Positions 20,163 through 30,479 of a stretch of 62,230 nucleotides of DNA are shown here, one piece after another. Source of the DNA: an uncultured Thermotogaceae bacterium (lineage in GTDB: Bacteria > Thermotogota > Thermotogae > MWEM01). The stretch's first letter is position 1, and every line of letters begins with the position of its first letter. The position numbers and the translations under genes were made by a program. The notes beneath the pieces were generated by a model. The model saw only the letters and a list, made by a program, of their open reading frames with translations, did no database searches and was not told the DNA's origin. The stretch spans positions 1 through 62,230 of the forward strand of contig CAZVWW010000003.1 of the NCBI GenBank assembly GCA_964631265.1, given 5' to 3'.

Positions 20163-20438
20163 ATGGGTTGGATGAATTGGACACTACCGACTATCGTTGC
20201 ACTTTTTGCGCTCGGAGGAACGATTGTATCAATTGTGATTTTCGAAGGGTTTAAGCCCCCGATTGAAAGAAAGGGATTTTTACCGATTCCTACAACACCG
20301 GGAGACAGACTCTTTATATCAATCTTAATGACATTTGGCATCTTTTTCCTGTACATGGCCTTTTTTGGCGTAGCGGCATTATGGGTTCCAATCGTAATAT
20401 GTGTCGTAGTTGATGTACTGATCTCAATCAAAGGATGA
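20163..20438 (+). CDS. small integral membrane protein, DUF2160-like
   Basis: 91 aa with the motif ..RKGFLPIPTTPGDRLFISIL.. This matches the GFLPI-TTRGDRLFI core I recall for DUF2160, a family that accompanies two-ATPase glycerol/sugar ABC importers. Confidence 0.7.
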   Translation: MGWMNWTLPTIVALFALGGTIVSIVIFEGFKPPIERKGFLPIPTTPGDRLFISILMTFGIFFLYMAFFGVAALWVPIVICVVVDVLISIKG

Positions 20439-20519
20439 ACATCAGGGAGAAATATGTTTGTTTTTAATCACTGTGCACAAAAAAGAATTAACTTATATAT
20501 TATCTAATTAAGTTTAAAC

Positions 20520-20541
20520 GGGACAGCTTGAGTGCTGTCCC
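20520..20541 (+). terminator. probable terminator of the ABC importer operon
   Basis: GGGACAGC-ttgagt-GCTGTCCC (8-bp stem), followed by TTCACTTATT, a weak U-tract. Confidence 0.45.
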
Positions 20542-20625
20542 TTCACTTATTGATAATACAATCGAGATTGACTCGGATACCTATTCTGACTCTTTGGAAT
20601 CGGTTATGAAAAGGGGTTGTTAGGC

Positions 20626-22629
20626 ATGAAAAAGTTTTCCTTCAACAGTATCAAATGGAAGATCATCATATGGATTCTCATTATTACGATTGCCGGCATG
20701 GGGATATTGACCTGGTACATATTCACCAATGTCAAGGGAACCGTAAGCGGACTGCTTGAGGAGACCTCGGCGGAGGTTGTTAAGGGAAGGGCGGATGAAC
20801 TCAACAAATGGTTGCAGACAGGCGTGAAAGAGATAGAGCTCCTTTCCAACACCAATACTATTCAGCTGATGGAGTTGAAATATTCATCTAATTATCTGTT
20901 TACCAATAAGGAGATCATCGGTGATATCTTTGAGAAACTCTTCGTTGTACAAGAAGACGGGGTCGGTATAACAGCGGATTATGAAGATATCAACTTCAAA
21001 GACCGGGACTTTTTTCAGGTAATCATGGATGGAGAAAAGTACGTCATCTCCAATCCTTTCGTGTCCGAACTGACCGGCAGTCCTGTCTTTGTCATTGCCC
21101 ATAAAATTCCGGCACCCTCAGGCGAGACGATAGGCGTTGTCGGCGGTATGGTCACTTTAAAGACGATAACGGATATTGCCAGTAAGATCAGAATCGGGAA
21201 CATGGGCTATGGTTTTATAACAGATGGAAAAGGTCTGGTCATTGCCCATCAAAACAAAGACTATGTTATGAATATGAATGTTTTAAACAGCAGCAGAGAA
21301 GATTTTACCGGTCTTGAAGAGGCCGGCGCAAAGATGATTAACGGGGAGTCCGGAAGCGAGAGGATCACAGAACCGGACGGAACCACTGATGTTCTGATAT
21401 ACTGCCAGGTTCCGGATACACCGAACTGGTCCCTTGGCGTTGTTGTGCCGATTAATGAACTGAATGCAGGGGCCAATGAGATGATTCTGTTTGTACTGAT
21501 ACTGATCGGGATCATCACCGCAGGCTTTGTTGTCACGTCCTATTTCCTCGGCAACAACATCACAAAGCCGATTAAGAAACTGGAAGCCGAAGTGGAGCAA
21601 TTCGGGAACGGTGACTTTACCGTTGCGTTTGAAAGTAATAAAAAGGATGAGATCGGACAGATGACAAAATCACTTAAAACAATGGCTTGTAAATTCAAGG
21701 AAGCTATCATATCAATCAGTGATGCCTCAAGTGAAATTCATGATTCATCGGAGAATCTATCGAATACGGCGAATGAATGGAAACAGAGAACGGATAGTCT
21801 CAACGAAGAAACCGAAACGATAGAAAATCACGTTCAAAACACATCCGCCTCGATAGAAGAGGTCACTTCCGGTGTCGAAGAGGTTGCTTCGAGTGCTCAG
21901 TCGATATCTCAAACAGCCCAGGAACTCTCCAATGAGATTCATAATACAGAAGAAGCTGTTAAAAATGGTCAGAAAGAGCTTGAAGAACAGGCCAAGATGA
22001 TGACAATAGTTGGAGAACAGAATTCAAAGGCGACGAAGATAGTCAAATCTGTTGCTGAAAAATCAAACAACGTGCAGGAGATCGTGAATACCATCTCATC
22101 GATAGCTGAGCAGACCAATCTCCTTGCGCTAAACGCCGCCATAGAAGCTGCGAGGGCCGGAGAAGCCGGTAAAGGATTTGCCGTTGTGGCGGATGAGATC
22201 AGAAAACTGGCAGAGGAGAGCCAATCCTCATCAGCGAACATCGCAAACATTCTGAATGAAATAGATGAAGGAGCAACACAGGCCAGCACAGCCGTTGAAA
22301 AAAGCACTGAATTATACGAGGATGTGGTCGAAGGTCGAAAACGGGTCTCGGAGGAATTTGACAACGTCTACCATTCAATCGAGACCATAACGGAAAACAT
22401 CGATTCACTGACCGGAACCGCAGAAGAGCAAAGTGCGTCCTCAGAAGAGATGGCATCCGCCATGGATCAGTCTTCGAAATCCATGATGAATGTCTCCGAG
22501 CAGATGGATAAGATTACTGAAGAAGTCAAGAGTACAGCTGATGCGGCCAACGGTCTAAAAGATCTTTCTTCCGAATTGGAAACGCTTTCTGATAATCTCA
22601 CCTCTTTGATAGGCAACTTCAAGTTTTAG
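20626..22629 (+). CDS. methyl-accepting chemotaxis protein (TM / dCache-like sensor / TM / HAMP / MA domain)
   Basis: ATG 20626. Two TM segments flank a periplasmic region of about 250 aa. A HAMP region (..[20 protein letters not shown]..) and the invariant signalling hairpin [38 protein letters not shown] follow. Confidence 0.9.
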   Translation: MKKFSFNSIKWKIIIWILIITIAGMGILTWYIFTNVKGTVSGLLEETSAEVVKGRADELNKWLQTGVKEIELLSNTNTIQLMELKYSSNYLFTNKEIIGDIFEKLFVVQEDGVGITADYEDINFKDRDFFQVIMDGEKYVISNPFVSELTGSPVFVIAHKIPAPSGETIGVVGGMVTLKTITDIASKIRIGNMGYGFITDGKGLVIAHQNKDYVMNMNVLNSSREDFTGLEEAGAKMINGESGSERITEPDGTTDVLIYCQVPDTPNWSLGVVVPINELNAGANEMILFVLILIGIITAGFVVTSYFLGNNITKPIKKLEAEVEQFGNGDFTVAFESNKKDEIGQMTKSLKTMACKFKEAIISISDASSEIHDSSENLSNTANEWKQRTDSLNEETETIENHVQNTSASIEEVTSGVEEVASSAQSISQTAQELSNEIHNTEEAVKNGQKELEEQAKMMTIVGEQNSKATKIVKSVAEKSNNVQEIVNTISSIAEQTNLLALNAAIEAARAGEAGKGFAVVADEIRKLAEESQSSSANIANILNEIDEGATQASTAVEKSTELYEDVVEGRKRVSEEFDNVYHSIETITENIDSLTGTAEEQSASSEEMASAMDQSSKSMMNVSEQMDKITEEVKSTADAANGLKDLSSELETLSDNLTSLIGNFKF

Positions 22630-22657
22630 GGAAAAGGAACTGACTTTCGGAAGAACA

Positions 22658-22686
22658 GGGGGAGCATTCGTGCTCCCCCTCTTTCT
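22658..22686 (+). terminator. rho-independent terminator after the MCP gene
   Basis: GGGGGAGCA-ttcg-TGCTCCCCC (9-bp stem, tetraloop), followed by TCTTTCT. Confidence 0.75.
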
Positions 22687-22708
22687 ATAGCTATGTGTTG
22701 ATGAAGGC

Positions 22709-24043
22709 CTATTCAGCCTTCGCAAGTGAGCCCATTGGGTCCCACGGCTCCAGGACGGTTGGTTCTGTTTGATAGGCCTCTTTTAATCGGTCGGGCAGAT
22801 GTTTTTTGTGAATAACGACCTCGTAATTGTATTCATCAAACCAGTTGTCACTCATGATGAAAAAGCCCTTTTCTCCAGGCTCATCCCCCCAGCTGTTCTG
22901 CACTTTCCATTTCAACGGTTTATCATCAGCGAGATCCACACCTGTAAAGACCATGGCATGCGTCAGGACACTGGCACAGTAGTTCAACCTTTCAGCCTTT
23001 GAAAGGGTTATCTCAGTGTCCAGGGTTTCTTTATAACTGTAAAGTTCGGTGTCCATGATACCCAATTCTCTATCGGAAAATTTCCCGACATCGCATCCGA
23101 ACCATACGGGATCTCCTTCTTTGAGCTGTTTGATGGTCAATGCCTTCAAATCTTTATTTTCAACATTGAGATACCTAATCGGCCTGAGTCCCTTGATATT
23201 GCCCAGAAACTTCACCGTGTAGGTCTTCTCGAAGGGTTTATCCTCTGTCGGGGCATTGATAAGACTGATATAATCAGTCACGTCTATCGCTGAATACTTT
23301 TTGTAAAATGCCTGCGGCGTGAGATTTCGATCACTGTGAAATTGTTTGTCCTTATCTCTGTATTCAAAGTCAAATGTCTTTGGAGGTTCTCCGAGGAAGA
23401 TACACAGCATGGCATAGATATCCTCCAGCATCGTATTCTTCACGGATCGCAAGGCCTCTACATCTTTTTCCTTCTGTTGTCTCAGTTTCATGGCACAGTC
23501 GCGCAACTTGAAATCGAGTAATGCATTCATGTTCCTGGAATTACCACTGTGATAGGCTTCGGGCATGGCATATTTTGGGAGAATCCCATACTTTTCAATA
23601 AGGGAGACAAACATATCCCACTGCCCGCCGTCTTGTGTCGGTTCATTCAGGAGCCACATGACATTTCTTGATGAGACTTCCTCGTTCCGGGTCTCGATAA
23701 TACTCTCAAGAAAAAAATTTGCCTTCTCTAATTTATCCCAGAACATGGCGTAATTCTGTGAGAGTTCGAACTCATGATCTTTAATGTTCAGCGTTTTTGA
23801 GATGCTGTACCGGATGTTATTCAACCCGGCAAAGGCCCAGCACCTCCCGCTCTTTCCCTGATTAGTGACCTTTCCGACCTCGATCTCCTCTGAGAATTCG
23901 TAATTCATCCCGGCAATCGAATGGCGGTTCATGGCAACGTTGTTGATCCCGTTTTTAATAACGGCGTTTGCGATGATCTCTTTTTTCTGATCAGAATGAT
24001 ATGATTCTGAAAAAGCGTCAATCTGTGATCTGGTTAACTCCAT
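22709..24043 (-). CDS. pepC: aminopeptidase C (bleomycin hydrolase family, peptidase C1B)
   Basis: 444 aa. The catalytic Cys context QGKSGRCWAFAG, the His context ..VLTHAMVFTG.. and ..VQNSWG.. are typical of PepC. Confidence 0.9.
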   Translation of the reverse strand: MELTRSQIDAFSESYHSDQKKEIIANAVIKNGINNVAMNRHSIAGMNYEFSEEIEVGKVTNQGKSGRCWAFAGLNNIRYSISKTLNIKDHEFELSQNYAMFWDKLEKANFFLESIIETRNEEVSSRNVMWLLNEPTQDGGQWDMFVSLIEKYGILPKYAMPEAYHSGNSRNMNALLDFKLRDCAMKLRQQKEKDVEALRSVKNTMLEDIYAMLCIFLGEPPKTFDFEYRDKDKQFHSDRNLTPQAFYKKYSAIDVTDYISLINAPTEDKPFEKTYTVKFLGNIKGLRPIRYLNVENKDLKALTIKQLKEGDPVWFGCDVGKFSDRELGIMDTELYSYKETLDTEITLSKAERLNYCASVLTHAMVFTGVDLADDKPLKWKVQNSWGDEPGEKGFFIMSDNWFDEYNYEVVIHKKHLPDRLKEAYQTEPTVLEPWDPMGSLAKAE

Positions 24044-24205
24044 CTTTTTTCCCCTCTCTATGATAAAGTGATCTAAACAGTATCATTTTACACCATTCTG
24101 TTGGAATGACAAAATACCCGTAAAACTGATAGCCAATTCCTGTCATAATAATTTCTATTATAAGTCATGTGAACGAAATAGTATCATGTTATGATATAGA
24201 TGAAC

Positions 24206-24290
24206 AAAAAACTGGGGAGCCTTTATGGCTGAGAGGGATTTATTTCCGACCCGTATAACCTGATCCGGATAATGCCGGCGTAGGAACAAT
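24206..24290 (+). promoter_or_regulatory. TPP (THI-box) riboswitch aptamer
   Basis: CTGGGGAGCC..GGCTGAGAGG..GACCCGTATAACCTGATCCGGATAATGCCGGCGTAGGAA. This matches the conserved GGGG..CUGAGA..ACCC..AACCUGAUC-GGAUAAUGCC-GCG-AGGAA core of the THI element. Confidence 0.85.
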
Positions 24291-24305
24291 AACATTAAAA
24301 TTCTT

Positions 24306-24333
24306 CCCCTGCCGGTGGCAGGGGATTTTTATT
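24306..24333 (+). terminator. riboswitch expression-platform terminator
   Basis: CCCCTGCC-ggt(g)-GGCAGGGG followed by ATTTTTATT, lying 11 nt before the thiB RBS (GGAGGG). Confidence 0.7.
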
Positions 24334-24344
24334 GGAGGGAAAAT

Positions 24345-25316
24345 ATGAAAAAAATGATGTTTGTTTTATTGATGATGGTGACCATTATGCTCTTTTCCAA
24401 GCCCTTAACCGTTTATACGTATGAGAGCATGGGGTGGATTCAGGATTCACTGGTTGAGCAATTTGAGAATCAGAATGACTGCGAATTGAGGGTGGTGAAA
24501 CTCGGCGATGCGGGGAATGTTCTGTCACGCCTTATACTGGAAAAGAACAATCCCAGAGCGGATGTTGTGCTCGGACTCGATCAGAGTTTGACATTGAAGG
24601 CGATTGAAGAGGGTCTGCTTGAGAAAACCACTCCTGGGAATCTTTCAAATATCGAAAAGAATGAATATCTCTTCGATGAAACGGGACATGTCTATCCCTA
24701 TGATTACGGGGCGATAGCTGTGATATACAATCCTGAAGAAATTGAAGGGGAGCTGATATCGTTCAATGATCTGACACAGTACGAGGATTCACTGATTATT
24801 CAGGATCCGAGAAGCTCCAGCACAGGACAGGCCTTTCTGCTTTGGACAATAGCTGTACATGGCGACAACTGGAAGGAATTCTGGCAAAAGCTCAAACCGG
24901 CTGTTTTAACCGTGACATCGGGCTGGACTGAGGCATTTTCCAAATTTGAAACCGGGGAGGCGCCGATGATGGTCAGTTATGCCACCGATGGGGCCTATTC
25001 ATACCATTATTACGGATCGTCAAGATACCGGGCTTTCATACCCGGGGAAGGTGCCTATCTACAGATAGAAGGTGTCGGAGTTGTCAAGGGCACAGATCAG
25101 AAAGAACTGGCTACTCACTTTATTGAGTTTGTCCTCTCCGATCCTTTTCAGAAAGCTGTACCACTCAATCAATGGATGTTTCCGGTGAAAGATGTGGAGC
25201 TTCCCGACGCTTTTAAACATGCTGTCAAACCTGAAAAGATCGTACTGCTGGAATCGGCCGAGATTCAGGAAAACATGGATCGTTGGCTCGATGAGTGGGA
25301 AAGGATCATGTATTAA
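24345..25316 (+). CDS. thiB: thiamine ABC transporter substrate-binding protein
   Basis: ATG 24345 follows GGAGGGAAAAT. It has a signal peptide MKKMMFVLLMMVTIMLFS. The call rests on an iron/thiamine-type SBP fold, the upstream TPP riboswitch and the downstream double-domain ThiP-type permease. Confidence 0.8.
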   Translation: MKKMMFVLLMMVTIMLFSKPLTVYTYESMGWIQDSLVEQFENQNDCELRVVKLGDAGNVLSRLILEKNNPRADVVLGLDQSLTLKAIEEGLLEKTTPGNLSNIEKNEYLFDETGHVYPYDYGAIAVIYNPEEIEGELISFNDLTQYEDSLIIQDPRSSSTGQAFLLWTIAVHGDNWKEFWQKLKPAVLTVTSGWTEAFSKFETGEAPMMVSYATDGAYSYHYYGSSRYRAFIPGEGAYLQIEGVGVVKGTDQKELATHFIEFVLSDPFQKAVPLNQWMFPVKDVELPDAFKHAVKPEKIVLLESAEIQENMDRWLDEWERIMY

Positions 25317-26856
25317 AGCCCAAAACAAGACAGGCACTATTACACTGCTGATCTACATTGTTGCCCTCGTTGTTCCTCTGTTTTTTCTCATGAGGGATTA
25401 TCTGAATATTCAGGATTTCAGTTTACTGGCGAGCCCGAAATTTCTTCGGGTTCTCCGGTTCTCTCTTTATCAGGCTTTTTTGTCTGCAGGGCTTGCCCTT
25501 TTCTGCTCTATCCTGCCGGCTTATTATGTTTATAAGAACAAAGGTTTCGTGTCCAAACTACTGGAGAATGCCATCTTCATTCCCTTTTTCTTCCCCCCGA
25601 TATCAATGGTTATTGCCTTCAGCCTCATCTTTTCCAACAACGGTGTTTTTGCTGTCTTTGGTTTAAAACCGGATATCCTCTACACCATCAAAGCAATCCT
25701 GATAGCACATGTATTTTATAACTCACCGATATTTGTCAGTTACATCTCCAATGCTCTTCGATCAATCAATCCGAATCTCCGCGAAGCTGCAGAAATCGAT
25801 GGGGCCACCCCGTTAAAGAAGTTCCTGAGAGTCGAGCTTCCCCTTATTACACCCTCGATTATCAAGGCCTTTTTTCTCGTCTTCACCTATTCGTTTATGA
25901 GTTTCGCTGTTGTGATCAATCTCGGTGGTCTGAGATTTTCTACCGTCGAGGTTGCCGTAGCCAACGCCCTCAGGGGTAGCTTTGATTTTTCACAAGCACT
26001 TGTATATGCCCTTGCTCAGTTTTTCATTCTTTTTCTTTTAAATTATATCTTGAACCTGGCAGATAAGCATCCGTATGAAACGGTTTCCCCCGGACACTCC
26101 AATGACACAAGTGGGTTTATCGTCAATGCTGTTTCATGGATTTACTGTCTATTTGAATACACCGTTGTCTTTATCGGACTCTCCGGTATCGTGTACAACT
26201 TCTATGAAGCAAAGTTCAGCCTTGATCACTTCTTCAATCTCTTCTCCGGGAAACTAAACAACCGGTTTCCCGTAGTGGAATCCATCATCAATTCTTCAGC
26301 AGTGGCCGGCATAACCGGTATTGTCAGTGTCATGATGGCCTATATCATCCTCAACATGAGGAAAAGGATTACCAATCTCATCATTACGCCTGTTCTTGGG
26401 ATATCCTCGGCTTTCCTCGCAATCGCCCTGTTGTATTTGAATATTCTCTTTAATATACCGTTTTTCATACTTGTGACCGCCGGATACATCCTACTGACAC
26501 TTCCAATATCATATTCCTTTCTCTACAATCATATTAGTGGCTTTAGAAGATCTCTGGAAGAAGCGGGAAGTGTTGACGGTGCAAATGCATTACAGTTGTT
26601 TCTAAAGATCAAACTCCCAATCCTCCTGCCGGTGATTATTGCCGTCTTCTTTCAGATATTTGCCATCATCTATGGCGAATTCACCCTCTCGTACACCATG
26701 CAGATCCGGGATTTTTTTCCGCTTGCCAGTGTCGTGAATTTTTCACTTTCAGCAAATCGTTATTATCTTGAAAGTCAGGCCTTTGCCTCTTTTAATACGA
26801 TCATCGTTTTCGCCCTCTTTTTCATATCATCAAAAGTGATGAAGTTCACAAGATAG
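25291..26856 (+). CDS. thiP: thiamine ABC transporter permease (fused double permease)
   Basis: Two tandem permease modules each carry an EAA-type loop (..EAAEIDGATPLKKFLRVELPL.. and ..EEAGSVDGANALQLFLKIKLPIL..). The start is uncertain. ATG 25291 overlaps thiB by 26 nt. The track's 25192 start would overlap it by 125 nt. Confidence 0.75.
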   Translation: MSGKGSCIKAQNKTGTITLLIYIVALVVPLFFLMRDYLNIQDFSLLASPKFLRVLRFSLYQAFLSAGLALFCSILPAYYVYKNKGFVSKLLENAIFIPFFFPPISMVIAFSLIFSNNGVFAVFGLKPDILYTIKAILIAHVFYNSPIFVSYISNALRSINPNLREAAEIDGATPLKKFLRVELPLITPSIIKAFFLVFTYSFMSFAVVINLGGLRFSTVEVAVANALRGSFDFSQALVYALAQFFILFLLNYILNLADKHPYETVSPGHSNDTSGFIVNAVSWIYCLFEYTVVFIGLSGIVYNFYEAKFSLDHFFNLFSGKLNNRFPVVESIINSSAVAGITGIVSVMMAYIILNMRKRITNLIITPVLGISSAFLAIALLYLNILFNIPFFILVTAGYILLTLPISYSFLYNHISGFRRSLEEAGSVDGANALQLFLKIKLPILLPVIIAVFFQIFAIIYGEFTLSYTMQIRDFFPLASVVNFSLSANRYYLESQAFASFNTIIVFALFFISSKVMKFTR

Positions 26857-26960
26857 TATAAAGGATTTTGTCATAACGAAAAAAAATGGTAAAATTACAA
26901 AGGGTTATGGTGCGTTAAGAATCATTTTGTTCCCTAATTAAATAAAAGGAGTGGTTTGCT

Positions 26961-28973
26961 GTGTTCAAGCTTTTCAGGTTTAAATCCATTAAAGCGAGAT
27001 TACTGGTTCCACTGGCAATCTCAATGATTGTCCTTTTCGTGATCCTGGGTGTATTGTTGTTCTTTCAATTTCAGAACATCATCCTGCCGAGGAATGTGAT
27101 GTACAACCGGGAGATTGTCTCTGCAAGAGCTGATCAGTTGAGTGTTTATCTGGAATCAAAAGAGAATGAGATCAAAGGACTCTCCGAGAGAAAAGGTGTC
27201 AAGAATATGGAGTGGGAAAGGGTAAAATCACAGCTTATTGAATTTTATGACTCCAATACAATCGCTTATGAGAAGATAGTACTGGTTAAACGGGATGGAG
27301 AAGGGAACGATACACTTGGTGATTTCAACGATTATTCCGATACACCCTTCTATGAGGCTATTATAAATGAAGGGCAGGAACGATACATTGGAAATCCCAA
27401 AGAATCAGAGTCAACCGAAAATGTCGTTGTTAACATTGCCCATTCTGTGGTGAACGATTCGGGTAAGGTTGTTGGAATCGTTGTCGGTGCTCTAAAGCTG
27501 GATCGTCTTGATAAGATAGCCGATCAGATTAAGGTGGGGGACACAGGATATGCTGCAGTTGTGGACGGCACCGGTTTGACAATAACACATCCTGATGAAA
27601 GTCTTGTGATGACGTTCAACATGCTTGAAGCGGATCAAAACGGGTTTGAAGGTCTGGCTGAACTTGGGGCGGAAATGGTGGATGGAAAGACTGACCATGG
27701 GCGGTTTGACGACCCGAACGGTAATGAGAAGATGGTTTACTTTCAGAAGATCCCTGGAACGCCAAACTGGAGTTTCAGTGTCATCATGAATTATGAAGAG
27801 GTACGGGAGCAAAATGTCAAACTCCTGCTCTTCACGATGATCATGCTGATTATCATACTGGGGATATCCCTGGTGGTCATTTACATGATCTCCAGGTCGA
27901 TCTCAAAACCGATCAAACTTATGGCCGATAAGATAAAGGCCGTTGGCGATGGTGATCTGACGGTTGAATTTATGGTCAAGACAGAGGATGAAATCGGACA
28001 GATCTTCTCCTCACTTATTGAGATGGTCTCCAATTTCAGAGAGGCGATCACATCAATAGACAATTCCACAGACAGCGTTGAAGCCTCTGCCGGTGAACTC
28101 TCAACGATGGCTGAGCAAGACAGTGCCAATGCTGAAGAGCTCCTTTCACAAAGCGAGGAAGTCGACAGTAATGTCCAAAACACTTCCGCTTCTATCGAAG
28201 AAGTCTCTTCGGGTATCCAGGAGGTTGCGGCAAGCGCACAGGATGTTTCAAAGAACTCTCAGGAACTCTCCAATCAGGTCAGCGAAACACAAAATGCCGT
28301 TGAAAACGGCCAGAAGGAACTGAAAGATCAGGCAAAGAAAATGGAAGCTGTAGGCCGCCAGAATCAGGAAGCAACGGACATTGTTAAAGAAGTGGCTGAG
28401 AAATCCAACAACGTTCAGGAGATTGTCAACACGATTTCTTCAATCGCCGAACAGACAAATCTCCTTGCGCTAAACGCCGCCATAGAAGCTGCGAGGGCCG
28501 GAGAAGCCGGTAAGGGATTTGCCGTTGTTGCCGATGAGATCAGAAAGTTAGCCGAGGAGAGTCAGGAGTCTTCAGCCAATATCGCCAGGATTCTGAACGA
28601 GATCGATGAAAAGGCCAACAGTGCCAACACAGCAGTTGAAAAATCCACTTCTCTCTATAAAGAGGTTGTTCAGGGAAGAGAAAACATTGCCACACAGTTC
28701 AATACAATCATGGAAACGGTTGAGGCCATTACGGAGAGAGTCGAATCCCTGACAGGTTCTGCTGAAGAGCAGAGCGCTTCCGCTGATGAGATGGCAAGTG
28801 CCATGGACAGTTCAGCAAAGTCTATGACCAATGTCACCGAACAGATGACGGATATCACGGATGGCATCAAACGGACAGCTGAATCGGCCCAAAAGATCAA
28901 TGCAACCGCCGAAGAGTTAAACGGCCTGTCCAATGAACTCAATCAGCTGGTGAAAAAGTTTAAGATAAGATAG
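26961..28973 (+). CDS. methyl-accepting chemotaxis protein, paralogue of 20626-22629
   Basis: GTG 26961 is preceded by AAGGAG. It has the same 670-aa architecture as the first MCP and an identical signalling-hairpin peptide. Confidence 0.9.
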   Translation: MFKLFRFKSIKARLLVPLAISMIVLFVILGVLLFFQFQNIILPRNVMYNREIVSARADQLSVYLESKENEIKGLSERKGVKNMEWERVKSQLIEFYDSNTIAYEKIVLVKRDGEGNDTLGDFNDYSDTPFYEAIINEGQERYIGNPKESESTENVVVNIAHSVVNDSGKVVGIVVGALKLDRLDKIADQIKVGDTGYAAVVDGTGLTITHPDESLVMTFNMLEADQNGFEGLAELGAEMVDGKTDHGRFDDPNGNEKMVYFQKIPGTPNWSFSVIMNYEEVREQNVKLLLFTMIMLIIILGISLVVIYMISRSISKPIKLMADKIKAVGDGDLTVEFMVKTEDEIGQIFSSLIEMVSNFREAITSIDNSTDSVEASAGELSTMAEQDSANAEELLSQSEEVDSNVQNTSASIEEVSSGIQEVAASAQDVSKNSQELSNQVSETQNAVENGQKELKDQAKKMEAVGRQNQEATDIVKEVAEKSNNVQEIVNTISSIAEQTNLLALNAAIEAARAGEAGKGFAVVADEIRKLAEESQESSANIARILNEIDEKANSANTAVEKSTSLYKEVVQGRENIATQFNTIMETVEAITERVESLTGSAEEQSASADEMASAMDSSAKSMTNVTEQMTDITDGIKRTAESAQKINATAEELNGLSNELNQLVKKFKIR

Positions 28974-28998
28974 TCAAGTTAGGAAAAAGCAGGAAGAA

Positions 28999-29032
28999 GC
29001 CCGGATGTTTGTAAAGCGTCCGGGCCTTTATT
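28999..29032. terminator. hairpin terminator between convergent genes
   Basis: GCCCGGATG..(loop)..CGTCCGGGC followed by CTTTATT on the plus strand. It overlaps the stop codon of the minus-strand ATPase gene. Confidence 0.55.
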
Positions 29033-29708
29033 CGTAGAAGCTGAGGATCTTCTTTTCATAGCGGGCCGTTTCGGGGCTGAAGAATTGGAGTTGGGAGCGC
29101 ATTTTCGTTATATCGATCTCCTTTATCAACCTCGCCGGCTCTCTTGACATGATAACGATTCTGTCGGCGAAAACAAGAGCTTCTCTAATGCCATGGGTTA
29201 CTAACACGGCTGTAAACTGCTTCTTTGAATAGATGTCTTTTATTTCATCCATCAGCGAAATCTTGGATTTGAGATCGAGGCTCTGAAACGGTTCGTCGAA
29301 GTAGATCACTTCCGGTTCAACAAGCAGTGCGCGTGCCAGATTTGCCCTTTGTCTCATCCCGCCGCTCAGTTGAGTTGGATGAAGATGTCTGTGTTTCAAA
29401 AGACCGACTGTGTCCAGAGCTTCTCTGATTTTGTCCGGATTCTCGTTTACAAAATCGAGGTTGCGCTCAAGTGTGTTCCAGGGGATCAGTCTGTCTTCCT
29501 GAAAGACAAATCCTGCCTTTTTGTATTTTCGATTGATAACGCCCCTGTAATCTCGATCGATATCAGAGAGACATCTTAAAAAAGTTGTTTTTCCGCAGCC
29601 TGAAGGGCCGAGAAAAGCAACGGTTTCGTGTTTCCCTATTGTGATATTCATGTTGTCAAGGATAAGATTATTTCCATAGGTCTTGCTAAGGCCTTTCACG
29701 TCAATCAT
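29028..29708 (-). CDS. ABC transporter ATP-binding protein (NitT/TauT family)
   Basis: Walker A GPSGCGKTT, signature LSGGMRQR, Walker B IYFDEP and H-loop VTHG. I prefer the ATG at 29708, which forms an ATGA overlap with the permease stop. The track start at 29717 is also possible. Confidence 0.85.
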   Translation of the reverse strand: MIDVKGLSKTYGNNLILDNMNITIGKHETVAFLGPSGCGKTTFLRCLSDIDRDYRGVINRKYKKAGFVFQEDRLIPWNTLERNLDFVNENPDKIREALDTVGLLKHRHLHPTQLSGGMRQRANLARALLVEPEVIYFDEPFQSLDLKSKISLMDEIKDIYSKKQFTAVLVTHGIREALVFADRIVIMSREPARLIKEIDITKMRSQLQFFSPETARYEKKILSFYE

Positions 29709-30475
29709 TGAGCCCATATTCCGATCCCCTTTTTATATAACAAGCTGATGATACTGTCGAACAAATACTCAAGAAGCAACCCTGATATAACGGCGACGGC
29801 TGTGAAAGCGAAGACCTTGGGCGTTTCAAGATAGAACTTTGCCCAGGAGATCTGGATCCCGAGACCACTGTCACCTGCCATAAACTCTGCTACAATGGCG
29901 ACCTTCCACATGGTTCCAAGACTGACCCGGATCGATGAAAGTAAGAACGGGACAATAGACCCCAGATAAATCCTTGTAAACACCTTTTTTCTGGATATCC
30001 GGTAAACCCGGGCCATCTCGATCAATTTCATATCGATGCTTTTTACGCCCTGTGCCACGTTGTAAATGATAAGCGGCAGCAGGGTTGTGACGATGATGAA
30101 CAGGGGGGCACGCCAGCCGACACCCCAGATGACAATGACGCTGGAAAGCCATGATACGACGGGCATTGACCGGATAACCATGGTTGTCGGCCTCAGCCAT
30201 TCCTCTGCTTTTCTGGATATCCCCATCAATAGCCCGACGGGTGTTCCTATCATCAGGGCGATTCCGAGACCTTCCAGCGCTTTAAAAAAGGTCATGAAAA
30301 GGGCCGGGAGCAGGCTGCCTTCCACTGTAAGTGAGAGGATTCTCTCTCCCACGAGTAGTGGAGATGGCAGGATAAGCGGCTCTGAGATAATCGTTGACAG
30401 GATCCACCAGCCGCCAAACAAGAAACACACCCCCAGAATCCAATTCGGGGGGTGTGCTGTTATTGTCTTTTTCAT
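29705..30475 (-). CDS. ABC transporter permease (NitT/TauT family)
   Basis: Six hydrophobic segments and an EAA-like loop ..EMARVYRISRKKVFTRIYL.. The start MKKTITAHPP (30475) lies 4 nt after the SBP stop. The longer track ORF would overlap the SBP gene by 53 nt. Confidence 0.8.
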   Translation of the reverse strand: MKKTITAHPPNWILGVCFLFGGWWILSTIISEPLILPSPLLVGERILSLTVEGSLLPALFMTFFKALEGLGIALMIGTPVGLLMGISRKAEEWLRPTTMVIRSMPVVSWLSSVIVIWGVGWRAPLFIIVTTLLPLIIYNVAQGVKSIDMKLIEMARVYRISRKKVFTRIYLGSIVPFLLSSIRVSLGTMWKVAIVAEFMAGDSGLGIQISWAKFYLETPKVFAFTAVAVISGLLLEYLFDSIISLLYKKGIGIWAQ

Positions 30476-30479
30476 CGGT

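Noticed and set aside
20453-20506. 17-codon mini-ORF (MFVFNHCAQKRINLYII) after the DUF2160 gene, with GGGAG 4 nt upstream.
   Set aside because: It is very short, the SD spacing is too tight, and no conservation evidence is available. It is probably a chance ORF in the operon's 3' UTR.
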